Of a stretch of DNA of 28,389 nucleotides, positions 17,098 to 25,840 are shown piece after piece. A program made the position numbers and the translations under genes. Each line of letters begins with the position of its first letter. The stretch's first letter is position 1. Origin of the DNA: an uncultured Gammaproteobacteria bacterium (GTDB taxonomy: Bacteria; Patescibacteriota; Microgenomatia; UBA1406; GWC2-37-13). The DNA is taken from NCBI GenBank assembly GCA_964531945.1, contig CAZHGF010000002.1:1-28389 (forward strand). The letters are read 5' to 3'. The notes under the pieces are model-generated. The model saw nothing but the letters and a program-made list of their open reading frames with translations. It searched no databases and had not been told where the DNA came from.

Positions 17098-17127
17098 ATT
17101 ATAGAAGGAAAGTGATCTGTTTGTCAA
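17098..17127 (-). promoter_or_regulatory. Sigma70 promoter for FTR1
   Basis: Perfect TTGACA(17127-22)-N18-TATAAT(17103-098). Confidence 0.7.
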
Positions 17128-17192
17128 ATGCAAATTATCAGATATACCCCACTTTTTGTAAAATGATCGCGGAGTGGTATACAATTGGTGCT

Positions 17193-18302
17193 ATGTATAA
17201 AAAACGGTTGGAAACTATCAGAAACAAATTGGTTAAACAAAAACTTGATGCCATTCTCATAACCGACTACTATAACCTGACATATCTTACTGGTTTCACT
17301 GGATTCTCACCTGAAGAGCGGGAGGGGTATCTTCTTATTATAAAACATGCAAGTCATTTTTTGACCGACGGGAGATATCTCAATGAGAAACTCAAAACTC
17401 AAATGGGAAAACTTACCGTTGCCTGTCATCTCATTACCAGAGAAAAAACAGTTTTAGAACTTTTGCCAGTTCTTGCACAAACTGAGAAATGCAACAAAAT
17501 TGCGTTTGAGGCGGAGAGCGTTAGATTTGACGAGTATCAAAAGTTTGGAGAGTTACTTAAACAAAAACTTATACCAGTGGAGCAGTTTATTGAAGACGAG
17601 CGGCGGGTAAAGGATAGTGAAGAGATAAGTTGTATTCAAGAAGCGTGTAATTTGACAACCCGTTGTCTTGAGGATATAAAAAAAGTAATCCAGGTGGAAG
17701 TGGATGAAAAAGAGATTGCCTACAAAATTGAAGCGTGGATTCGAGAGAGAGGGTATGAGCTCGCATTCTCTCCGATTATTGTCGCCGTAGATAAAAATGC
17801 CGCTATTCCCCACTATGATACTCGTTTGAGCGACAGGAGAGTGAAACGGGGATCACTCATCTTGATCGATTTTGGTATTAAGTACAAAGGATATGTTTCA
17901 GATATTACCCGGGTATTTTTTGCGGGAAAGCCGAATCCGGAAATTGAAGATGCATATAATGTATTATTACACGCGCAGGAAAAAACTATAGAAAAGCTGA
18001 ATACGGACAAGGATGCAAAATCACTCGATAGCTACTGCCGGAGATTGCTTATTGAAAATAATCAAATAGACTTTTCTCATTCTACTGGTCATGGAGTCGG
18101 TCTGGAGATTCATGAATCGCCCCGGCTCTCCAGCCGTTCTCAGGACATATTGGTAGACGGCAATGTTTTTACCGTGGAGCCGGGGATTTATATTGAGGGA
18201 AAGTGGGGTATGAGGATAGAGGATACCGTTGTGTTGCAGAACGGAAAAGCAAAGGTTTTGACGAAGTTTACGAAGAAAATAGAGGATTTACTTCTTAAGT
18301 AA
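17193..18302 (+). CDS. Xaa-Pro aminopeptidase (M24B)
   Basis: N-terminal creatinase-like domain (YLTGF, TDGRY); metal ligands in IDFG..Y.GY.SDITR, HSTGHGVGLEIHE, TVEPG, RIED. Start reassigned to ATG 17193. Confidence 0.94.
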   Translation: MYKKRLETIRNKLVKQKLDAILITDYYNLTYLTGFTGFSPEEREGYLLIIKHASHFLTDGRYLNEKLKTQMGKLTVACHLITREKTVLELLPVLAQTEKCNKIAFEAESVRFDEYQKFGELLKQKLIPVEQFIEDERRVKDSEEISCIQEACNLTTRCLEDIKKVIQVEVDEKEIAYKIEAWIRERGYELAFSPIIVAVDKNAAIPHYDTRLSDRRVKRGSLILIDFGIKYKGYVSDITRVFFAGKPNPEIEDAYNVLLHAQEKTIEKLNTDKDAKSLDSYCRRLLIENNQIDFSHSTGHGVGLEIHESPRLSSRSQDILVDGNVFTVEPGIYIEGKWGMRIEDTVVLQNGKAKVLTKFTKKIEDLLLK

Positions 18303-18357
18303 TTAGCAATTGGTGATCAGTAATGAGGAGAGCAATCCAAAACAATTACTAATTTCA
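18298..18357. repeat. Degenerate inverted heptamer array (unit ~AGTAATT)
   Basis: Left agtaatt/agcaatt/ggtgatc/agtaatg (18298-18325, first unit contains the peptidase TAA); right aattact/aatttca (18344-18357). Confidence 0.5.
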
Positions 18358-18406
18358 AAACTATGGATATTGATATTTCGTTAGAAATTTGAAATATTAA
18401 ATTCAT

Positions 18407-18913
18407 ATGCGAGATTTATCTTCGGTAACTGATAAAGGTGCAAAAATTTTCCTTCTGCAGTATCTCGCGAGTAGAGAAATAAATATTGAGTTCTATAAAA
18501 GAGTTCCTCAGGATAAATTGGATTTTAGAATCGTTGATAATCCTGAGAGGAAGTCTGATTCTATTCGAGAAAGCCTGGAACATCAGATGAGAGTACAAAT
18601 GGACTATCAAACGGCGCTTGATACCGGAAAACTCGAATTCAATGCTCGGGACAACAGGGAAGTCAGATCATTAAACAAAGAAGGACTGTTGGGAAAATTG
18701 GCAAAGTTAGATGAAGAGCTCTTAAATAAGCTTTCTGATCCAAAGGTGGTTGGCAAAATGGTTTCTGTTCCCTGGAGTAAAGAGCCCATACCAGCTATTG
18801 CTATGCTTTATGGAATGAATTCTCATGAGATACTCCATACCGGTTGGAATCTGGCTCTTATGGACTTATTGGATATCGAAAGATTTCCCGCGTTAAAACA
18901 AATGTGGGGATAA
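18407..18913 (+). CDS. DinB family protein
   Basis: SIRESLEHQ and SHEILHTGW provide the H...HxxxH triad. Confidence 0.78.
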   Translation: MRDLSSVTDKGAKIFLLQYLASREINIEFYKRVPQDKLDFRIVDNPERKSDSIRESLEHQMRVQMDYQTALDTGKLEFNARDNREVRSLNKEGLLGKLAKLDEELLNKLSDPKVVGKMVSVPWSKEPIPAIAMLYGMNSHEILHTGWNLALMDLLDIERFPALKQMWG

Positions 18914-18935
18914 ATCAGCGGCGAAATCTTTAAGG

Positions 18936-21482
18936 TTATTTTTCTTCCGGTTTTTCAGTTGGAGGAGCGGAAGATGGTTCTTCGGTTGGTAGGGTAAGCT
19001 CTTCCGCCATCGTCATCGTTTTTGACGCTTCTTCTTTTTTGGCTACGGGAACATCAATGAGTACCTCGTCAGCTTTTGCCTTCAGTTTTTCGGTGATTTC
19101 CTTTTCCCGCTCGGTCATCATCTGGACAAATTTTGCCGCTTCGAGTTTGGCTTTCAAGTATACGATGAGTTCATCGCCTTTCAAATTGTTGATCATAAAT
19201 ATTGGTAGGATAAACCCGACTTCATCGAGTCCCTGCTGCCGCAAGGTCTGATCGGTTGAAAGGAGTTTATTGAGGGTATTGGTGATAAAGACAATATCCT
19301 GATCAATCCATTGAGCACGGGTTGAAACATTTTCGGTGACGGGCACCTCTCCTTTTTCGTACTGCTGGATCCACATCTTCTTTACTTCTTCATAGTCTTC
19401 GATTGCGACTGTGGGCGGAATTGCAATAGATTGCTCAATATGCGCTTCAGCTTCCGCGACCATTGGCAGCTGCGTTTGGATGACCTGTTGCACTTCTTCC
19501 TGTTTGACCTGCTCTTTCTGGGCAATGTCTTTTGCGATCTCAGTATTTGTTTGTACTGTTGACGCAACTTGTTTGATGACTTTGACAACTGTTTCTTTCT
19601 GGATGTTGTTCTCTTTAGCGATTGCCGGAACAATATGGAATGGTGGCTGATTGGCATTCTTCTGGTAGCTGGTGAGAATAGTTTGTACCTGACTATTTGT
19701 TACCTGTGTTTTTTGCGCGATAGTATTCACCAGGTTAGTATTTGTGGCAATTGACGCGGTAAGAGATGAGGTAATTGAGGAAACTTTTTCTGCCGGCAGT
19801 TTGACTTTGTACGATACAACCTGGGTAACAGGGGTAAGGATGGGAGTTTCCTGCAGCATTTTTTGTTTATTCTGAATGCGGTCGATGCCGGTTGCTGTTG
19901 CGGAGAGAAGTTGCTTTGCAATAGTGTCTTCCTTGATTGCGCGGTTAAAGAGTTCACTCCGGATGTTCATATATTTCTGACGTTCAGTAGGGGTATCGGC
20001 TTTCGTGGGATTGGAGAGGTACTCAATATTTTTCCGGACTGTTTCCCGGACTTCTTTATTCGTTTCCAGCCGCGCGATATCGGTAAGCTTGGTTGCCGAG
20101 AGACTGAGTGTCTTTGAAATTTCTTCAGTTTTGGTACGCTTAATCTCTTCAACGGTTTCAAGCCGTGTTTTTATCGATATCGGTACTGCTTGATCGACTT
20201 TAATCGTCGTTCCGGTTTTTACCGGTACCGGAGAGGGGCCGGGGGGGGTCGGGGAAGGACCGCCGCGCATCTGGTCATACATCGAGAGCAGGATGTTTTT
20301 CATAGCATAAATTCCGTCGCAGCAGTAGTCTCTAAAAATGCGAAGGAGCCACCAGGGGAGTATGATCACCGCCCAGAGCATGATGAGGGTAATGACATAC
20401 TCAACAAAGGTATCAATGTAGTTACCGTTGTTCATGACGCTTAGTTGTTGTGCCGGCCCGCCATAGAGGATGCTGGTTGCTGTCGGATACACATATCCCT
20501 CCGGCGTATTCGCGCGCTGAAAATCGAAGATAAAGGGAATACCGTCCTTCCAGAGTTTTGCCATACCGCCCAAAAATAGAGCAAGGAGCGGCCCATAGAA
20601 AAGCCACTGGAAGAAAACACCAACCCAGATCCAGCCGATGTTACGGATGAACACGAAAGGAAAAAGAAGCGCTAAAAATGGTGATACAAATAGCAAAAAC
20701 CATAAAATTATTTTCCTCAGAAGAAGCATAATTCCTAACGCATAATAGGTAATGTTGGTGAGCTTCAGCATGAAAAGTTGCGTGTCGGCAGCCTCTTGAA
20801 CCCGAATATTCAAATCACGACAGCCCACCCACTCAAGATAGTTTTTCTCAACACTTTTGGTATCGGCAAAGTAAATATTGAACAGTTTATCTGCTCCAAG
20901 GTTTTCAATAAAAAACTTCATGAAGACTTCGGAGAGTTGTACAAGAAGTAATACGATTGTTGCTGAAAACGTGATGTACAGGAGTGCTGAGGCAATTTTT
21001 ATGATCGATGGCCAGACCTTAATCTTAAGAGTAAAGTTGGCCCGTTGTCCGATAATAAACCCGACACCGAGAATCGCGGCAAGCAGTACGACAAAAAAGT
21101 AAGAGATATTCCGCGATACGCTCCAAATAGAAGTAATGGTGGGATGGTTATCGATAGCATTCTTTCCCAATACCCACGCGATAAACTGGCGCGCTCGCTC
21201 ATCGGCTTTTCCCTGAGTAGTGACTTCCGGATCTTCTGCCCAGAAATGGGAAGCTGAAGGGTCTTGTTTAAAGTCCTCATAGGTGCCAACGCATGACTCG
21301 CCGCGAGAAGTATAGAGCTGCTCTAATCCAGTTGGACAGCTGCCGCGCGGGCACGCAACCGGATCAAGCTGAACTTTTACCGGTTCTGTCCCAAAGGAAG
21401 GCGAAGCAAAGCCAAAGATAAAGATAGCCAGTATGATACCTGTCATGGAAAGAAATCCTGGTAGTATCTTCTGGCAGCTCAT
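18936..21482 (-). CDS. Large VirB6/TrbL-like polytopic membrane protein with long C-terminal helical tail
   Basis: W...RNISYFF.VLL...G and IKIASALLYITFS..I..L.VQLS helices resemble CPR VirB6-like proteins; signal peptide, Cys-rich N-terminal domain, about 450-aa hydrophilic tail. Confidence 0.6.
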   Translation of the reverse strand: MSCQKILPGFLSMTGIILAIFIFGFASPSFGTEPVKVQLDPVACPRGSCPTGLEQLYTSRGESCVGTYEDFKQDPSASHFWAEDPEVTTQGKADERARQFIAWVLGKNAIDNHPTITSIWSVSRNISYFFVVLLAAILGVGFIIGQRANFTLKIKVWPSIIKIASALLYITFSATIVLLLVQLSEVFMKFFIENLGADKLFNIYFADTKSVEKNYLEWVGCRDLNIRVQEAADTQLFMLKLTNITYYALGIMLLLRKIILWFLLFVSPFLALLFPFVFIRNIGWIWVGVFFQWLFYGPLLALFLGGMAKLWKDGIPFIFDFQRANTPEGYVYPTATSILYGGPAQQLSVMNNGNYIDTFVEYVITLIMLWAVIILPWWLLRIFRDYCCDGIYAMKNILLSMYDQMRGGPSPTPPGPSPVPVKTGTTIKVDQAVPISIKTRLETVEEIKRTKTEEISKTLSLSATKLTDIARLETNKEVRETVRKNIEYLSNPTKADTPTERQKYMNIRSELFNRAIKEDTIAKQLLSATATGIDRIQNKQKMLQETPILTPVTQVVSYKVKLPAEKVSSITSSLTASIATNTNLVNTIAQKTQVTNSQVQTILTSYQKNANQPPFHIVPAIAKENNIQKETVVKVIKQVASTVQTNTEIAKDIAQKEQVKQEEVQQVIQTQLPMVAEAEAHIEQSIAIPPTVAIEDYEEVKKMWIQQYEKGEVPVTENVSTRAQWIDQDIVFITNTLNKLLSTDQTLRQQGLDEVGFILPIFMINNLKGDELIVYLKAKLEAAKFVQMMTEREKEITEKLKAKADEVLIDVPVAKKEEASKTMTMAEELTLPTEEPSSAPPTEKPEEK

Positions 21483-21487
21483 ACGGT

Positions 21488-22138
21488 TTAAGTGGTTTTT
21501 TTTGAATTCTTTTTAAAGCTCAATTTACTGAAAGAGTTGGATGCGAAAAATGATGTTGTAGAAATAACCAAAAAGAATGCGCCTATGATACCAATAATCT
21601 GGGTAAAGGTGGCAGATCCGCTTCGGGGAAGGCGGGTTGGCAGCGGCGTAGGTTCTCCAGCGCCTGGCGGAACCGGTGTATTGGTTGCGCCGGGGGGAGG
21701 AATCGGGGTGGGGGTGGAGTTCGGATTCCAGAAAGAACAGAGCGTTGTGTCTCCCGGAGCATCGGCGATAATTTTAAAATTAACATAGGCAAAAACACCC
21801 GAGCTACTGAATCCTGAAGGATTTGTACCAGACAGAAGTATCCGTCCGTCTGAGAATGTTTGCACCTCCACGGTACTCATCGCTTCTCCCGGTGAAGCGC
21901 TTAAGTATTGAATATAGCGGATATCAGGAGTAAGTCCGATTTGTTGTGCTTTGATGGTATTCCCTTTTGTATCAAGCTGTACGGCAAACTGTATATCTTG
22001 TCCACGTGAAAGAGCGCCCGTAGTAGTAAGCACAAGTTTAAACTCAGGATTTGCTGCATGAACCGGTTGAGATAACAGAAATACTCCGGTGAGAACAATC
22101 GTTATTATAATGTGAATTACTCTATACATAGTATTCAT
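21488..22138 (-). CDS. Cohesin-like domain surface protein with PT linker and LPxSG sorting-like signal
   Basis: Signal peptide, beta-rich cohesin-like domain, PTP linker, LPRSG then TM then basic tail. Start chosen at ATG 22138 (22129 possible). Confidence 0.68.
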   Translation of the reverse strand: MNTMYRVIHIIITIVLTGVFLLSQPVHAANPEFKLVLTTTGALSRGQDIQFAVQLDTKGNTIKAQQIGLTPDIRYIQYLSASPGEAMSTVEVQTFSDGRILLSGTNPSGFSSSGVFAYVNFKIIADAPGDTTLCSFWNPNSTPTPIPPPGATNTPVPPGAGEPTPLPTRLPRSGSATFTQIIGIIGAFFLVISTTSFFASNSFSKLSFKKNSKKTT

Positions 22139-22158
22139 GGTAATGGATATTTGTATTG

Positions 22159-22188
22159 TTGACAAGGGTTACGAATATTTGATACAGT
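22159..22188 (+). promoter_or_regulatory. Sigma70 promoter for the large surface protein
   Basis: TTGACA-N18-TACAGT with TGn extension. Confidence 0.6.
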
Positions 22189-22200
22189 GAAATCATCTCT

Positions 22201-24081
22201 ATGAGAAATGATATTGTATTGATTGTATTTTTAGGATCACTCCTTATCGCTCCGGTAAGTGTTTCCGCTCAAGAAAAATCACAGAGGTGGGTATGTTTGG
22301 AACGGAAGTTATGCTCAGATTCGGGAAGCCAATGTTCCGGACAAGGTATCAGTGGTCATCGGGTCAAACTCAGTGTAAAACCTGATGTGAAACTTCTTCC
22401 AAATACTGAAACATATGTTGTCGAGTGTCTGGAAACAAAACAGGGTCAGGTTTGTACCACCGGCAATAGCACGCTGGATAACGAACTTTACCGTCGGGAT
22501 AATTTCACCCGTTTAAAAAACGATAGGGAAGTGCGCTACGATTTCAAGGGATTCTTTAATAAAGATGGTACGACAAGAGTGGCTTATCCACCTCCCCTTC
22601 GCAGCAACAATGCCGGCATAATCGGACCGTATGAATGGGAAAGCTTTACACCAAGCGGAATACGAAGAAAATTCCTGGCTTTAAATTTTTTTGAGCCACC
22701 GCCACCCGCTCCTACCGGAGCAGCTCCTGGACAAAAACAGGGAACATTTGATTTTGAGATCGTCAATAAGGACTGTGTCTCGATCGCGTGGGATCCCTAT
22801 GGCCGGGTGTTTGACAGTCAGAGCTTAGAGCCAATTCCCGCGGCAGAAGTTACATTACAACATCGGGTGGGAGAAACTTTTGTAAAAGTTGAAGAGGTGG
22901 TAGGGGGTATTTTTACTAATCCCCAGACGACCCTTGAAGATGGTGGTTTCAGCTTTGTTGTTCCGGATAATCTTTATAAACTGGTTGTTTCTCACACAGG
23001 GTATCGCTTTCCGGCAACACAGGCTGCGCGTATCAATCCGGGCTATGTACGGATGTACTCTGATGTTTATCCCGCGTTAACCGGCGAAGTCATTACCCAG
23101 CGCGGGAATATTGAACATAGAGATATACCTCTGGAACCGCTCGATGGGAGGGGTAAAAGTTATCCTCTTACCGTCAAATTCTTTTACGAAATCACAAAAA
23201 ATGGAAAAGGTATAGTGGATGGTCGCGCGTCACATCCATTCGCAACGATGAACGCGTATAGTGTAAAATTGACGCCGTCAGCAACTGGTGGAGAACCTAC
23301 CCGTACCCGCTACAAACTTCTGAAAACGGTTCAGGCGGATCGGCTTGGTCAGTTTAAAATTCAGATTGATCAGGTTGTATTTGAACCGGATGAAGTGTTT
23401 GGAGAGATTGAGGGACAAAAGACTCATCTTACGAGTGTTCCGCTGTCAAAAGGGAGTTTATTTGAGAAGATTGTCTCAAAAATAGTTTCAAGCGTTTTTG
23501 CTCAAGAATCAGTGATCATAAAGTTAGATCCTATACCAAACTATCTTGAGGGATATGCTTATGATGCGGGTGGAGGTGTCATGCCGAATGCTTCCGTTGG
23601 TGTTTATCTTTCTTTTTCCAATGTTCCTTACACTGAAGTAAGGGCTGATAGTACCGGTTACTATAAAATCTCTTCAGAATACTTACCCACTATGCCCTAT
23701 TCTGTACGGTATACATCCACAGCCGGCGCAAGAAGTGATGTTAGTACCGCAAAATACCTCGCCCAAAATAATAAAACTTTAGAGTCAAATAAAACAAATC
23801 CATATATATATAAAGATAGTGAAGGACAAACACCACCAGAAGCAAAGCCGGCCATTAATTCCAGACCATCGCAAACAGGATCTTCGTCCAGTCCTCCCGC
23901 GGATCAAAGGGTAAGCCGTGGTTCTAACGGATTGCCACAAACTATTCCGAGTACTGTCAATGCCAATCAGTCAGGCATACTCTTATTGCTGACTATTTTT
24001 CTTGTCTTTATAGGAGTTGTCGGGCTGATACTGGGGGTATACCTTTTCAACAAAAACCGGACATCTCCTCCGCAAATGTAG
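22201..24081 (+). CDS. Large surface protein with carboxypeptidase-regulatory-like (prealbumin-fold) domains
   Basis: Signal peptide, Cys-rich N-terminus, GRVFDSQSLEPIPAAEVTL and GYAYDAGGGVMPNASVGVY repeats, C-terminal TM anchor. Confidence 0.7.
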   Translation: MRNDIVLIVFLGSLLIAPVSVSAQEKSQRWVCLERKLCSDSGSQCSGQGISGHRVKLSVKPDVKLLPNTETYVVECLETKQGQVCTTGNSTLDNELYRRDNFTRLKNDREVRYDFKGFFNKDGTTRVAYPPPLRSNNAGIIGPYEWESFTPSGIRRKFLALNFFEPPPPAPTGAAPGQKQGTFDFEIVNKDCVSIAWDPYGRVFDSQSLEPIPAAEVTLQHRVGETFVKVEEVVGGIFTNPQTTLEDGGFSFVVPDNLYKLVVSHTGYRFPATQAARINPGYVRMYSDVYPALTGEVITQRGNIEHRDIPLEPLDGRGKSYPLTVKFFYEITKNGKGIVDGRASHPFATMNAYSVKLTPSATGGEPTRTRYKLLKTVQADRLGQFKIQIDQVVFEPDEVFGEIEGQKTHLTSVPLSKGSLFEKIVSKIVSSVFAQESVIIKLDPIPNYLEGYAYDAGGGVMPNASVGVYLSFSNVPYTEVRADSTGYYKISSEYLPTMPYSVRYTSTAGARSDVSTAKYLAQNNKTLESNKTNPYIYKDSEGQTPPEAKPAINSRPSQTGSSSSPPADQRVSRGSNGLPQTIPSTVNANQSGILLLLTIFLVFIGVVGLILGVYLFNKNRTSPPQM

Positions 24082-24116
24082 ATACCCTCCTTCGTAACTA
24101 AAGAGATTATGTTATG

Positions 24117-24194
24117 CGTCATTCTGGTAAGTCCCGACGGAGTCGAGGACGCATCCAGTCCGCAAGTTGGCCGACTGGAAAAGCCAGAATGACG
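24117..24194. repeat. CGTC-tagged REP-like palindrome (long copy with two internal hairpins)
   Basis: TIRs CGTCATTCTGG/CCAGAATGACG; internal stems gtcc-cgac/gtcg-ggac (24131-24150) and tccagtc/gactgga (24154-24179). Confidence 0.8.
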
Positions 24195-24285
24195 ATCAGG
24201 AAAGTAATCACGATAATAAATTTACCACACAATTGTTGCATATAGTCTATCGTCTACAAAAATTCTGAGCTTTACGCTGTTATAC

Positions 24286-25800
24286 ATGCTGGCAAAAGTA
24301 TATTCAGGGACAACCGTGGGGCTTGATGGGGTGCTCATTGATGTTGAGGTGGATGTAGCGAATAAAGGATTTCCAACGTTTACAATAGTGGGGCTTCCCA
24401 ATAAGGCGATTGATGAGGCAAAAGATCGGGTTCGGACCGCGATAGTGAATGCATCGTTTGAGATGCCTGACTCGAGACTGACGGTAAATCTGGCTCCCGC
24501 TGATTTGCCAAAAGTCGGGTCAAGTTTTGATCTGCCGATTGCGGTCGGGATTCTGGTTGCGTCAGGAGTCATTGGCGCTGAACTTCCGAAGAAAAGTATA
24601 TTCGTAGGTGAACTTTCTCTGGAGGGGAAACTCCGGCGGATTCCTGGAGTTATATCGGTTGCGGCAATGGCGGGGGAAAAACAGTTCGATTCAATATTTG
24701 TTCCGGTCGAGAACGCGCCAGAGGCAGCGCTCGTTGATGATATTACCGTTTTCCCGGTGTTTAACCTGCTCGATCTTATTCTCCACATGAATGGCGAGAA
24801 ACTCATTGCTCCCTATTACTCAGATGGTCTACTTTCGCAAGATGCTCATTTTGAAGTAGATTTTGGAGATGTGAAAGGGCAAGAGCAGGCCAAACGTGCT
24901 TTAGAGATTGCCGCTGCCGGATTTCACAATGTCCACTTAAAAGGACCGCCCGGCACCGGAAAAACCTTGATATCACGTGCACTTCCCTCGATTTTGCCAG
25001 AAATGGAAAAAGAAGAGGTGATCGAGACTTCGAAAATTTACTCAATCGCAGGATTATTGAATCCGCATAAGTTTATTATGACCCGTCCTTTTCGCTCTCC
25101 ACACCATACGACTTCTCGTATCGGTCTGATTGGAGGAGGGAGTAATCCATCACCGGGTGAGATTTCTTTAGCTCATCGAGGAGTATTGTTTCTTGATGAA
25201 TTTCCCGAGTTCCCCCGCTCAGTACTGGAATCACTCCGGCAACCGCTTGAAGATGGGGTTATCACGGTATCACGGGCATCAGGAAGCTTGACATTTCCTT
25301 CGCGGTTTCTCCTCCTTGCCGCATCCAACCCGTGTCCCTGCGGATATTTGGGTCATCCGACAAAGCACTGCAAATGTCTTCCCGGAACTATTTTAAAATA
25401 CCAGAAGCGTATTTCAGGGCCGCTTCTTGACCGGATCGACCTGCACGTCGATGTACCGGTGATAGAACAGGAAAAATTACTCGGGACAGAACAGGGAGAG
25501 GTAAGTAGCGCTATACGTGAGAGGGTTGCGGAAGCGCGCGTCCGTCAGAAAAAACGATCGACTTCATTAAAAACGAAAACAAATGGAGAAATGTCGCCGC
25601 AGGATATAAAAAAGTTCTGCATGATGAACAATGAAACAAAAGCATTTTTACGACAGGCAATCAGCCGCCGCTCCCTTTCAGCACGATCATATTTTAAAGT
25701 CATTAAAGTGAGTCAAACGATTGCAGATCTGGAGGGAAGTGAGACAATTCAAGTTTCTCATATAGCAGAAGCCCTCCAATTCCGGCGGAAGGAAGAGTGA
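24286..25800 (+). CDS. comM: YifB/ComM family Mg-chelatase-like AAA+ ATPase (competence helicase)
   Basis: FTIVGLP, VNLAPAD, Walker A GPPGTGKT, RPFRSPHH, LAHRGVLFLDE, AASNPCPCG, SGPLLDRID, LSAR. Confidence 0.96.
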   Translation: MLAKVYSGTTVGLDGVLIDVEVDVANKGFPTFTIVGLPNKAIDEAKDRVRTAIVNASFEMPDSRLTVNLAPADLPKVGSSFDLPIAVGILVASGVIGAELPKKSIFVGELSLEGKLRRIPGVISVAAMAGEKQFDSIFVPVENAPEAALVDDITVFPVFNLLDLILHMNGEKLIAPYYSDGLLSQDAHFEVDFGDVKGQEQAKRALEIAAAGFHNVHLKGPPGTGKTLISRALPSILPEMEKEEVIETSKIYSIAGLLNPHKFIMTRPFRSPHHTTSRIGLIGGGSNPSPGEISLAHRGVLFLDEFPEFPRSVLESLRQPLEDGVITVSRASGSLTFPSRFLLLAASNPCPCGYLGHPTKHCKCLPGTILKYQKRISGPLLDRIDLHVDVPVIEQEKLLGTEQGEVSSAIRERVAEARVRQKKRSTSLKTKTNGEMSPQDIKKFCMMNNETKAFLRQAISRRSLSARSYFKVIKVSQTIADLEGSETIQVSHIAEALQFRRKEE

Positions 25801-25827
25801 TAGAGATGTCAGATCGCAGATGACAGA
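25798..25827. repeat. Left heptamer array flanking the four-helix-bundle gene (unit ~TGNCAGA)
   Basis: tgataga-ga-tgtcaga/tcgcaga/tgacaga; the first unit contains the comM TGA stop. Confidence 0.75.
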
Positions 25828-25840
25828 AATTGATTGAAAT

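Noticed and set aside
24117-24194. Cloverleaf-like structure as SRP RNA, tRNA or riboswitch
   Set aside because: It lacks the SRP helix-8 motif and a T-loop, and it shares its ends with the 12592 repeat.
24222-24806. 194-aa minus-strand ORF
   Set aside because: It is an antisense shadow of comM with no independent motif. The same applies to the other short ORFs nested in longer genes.
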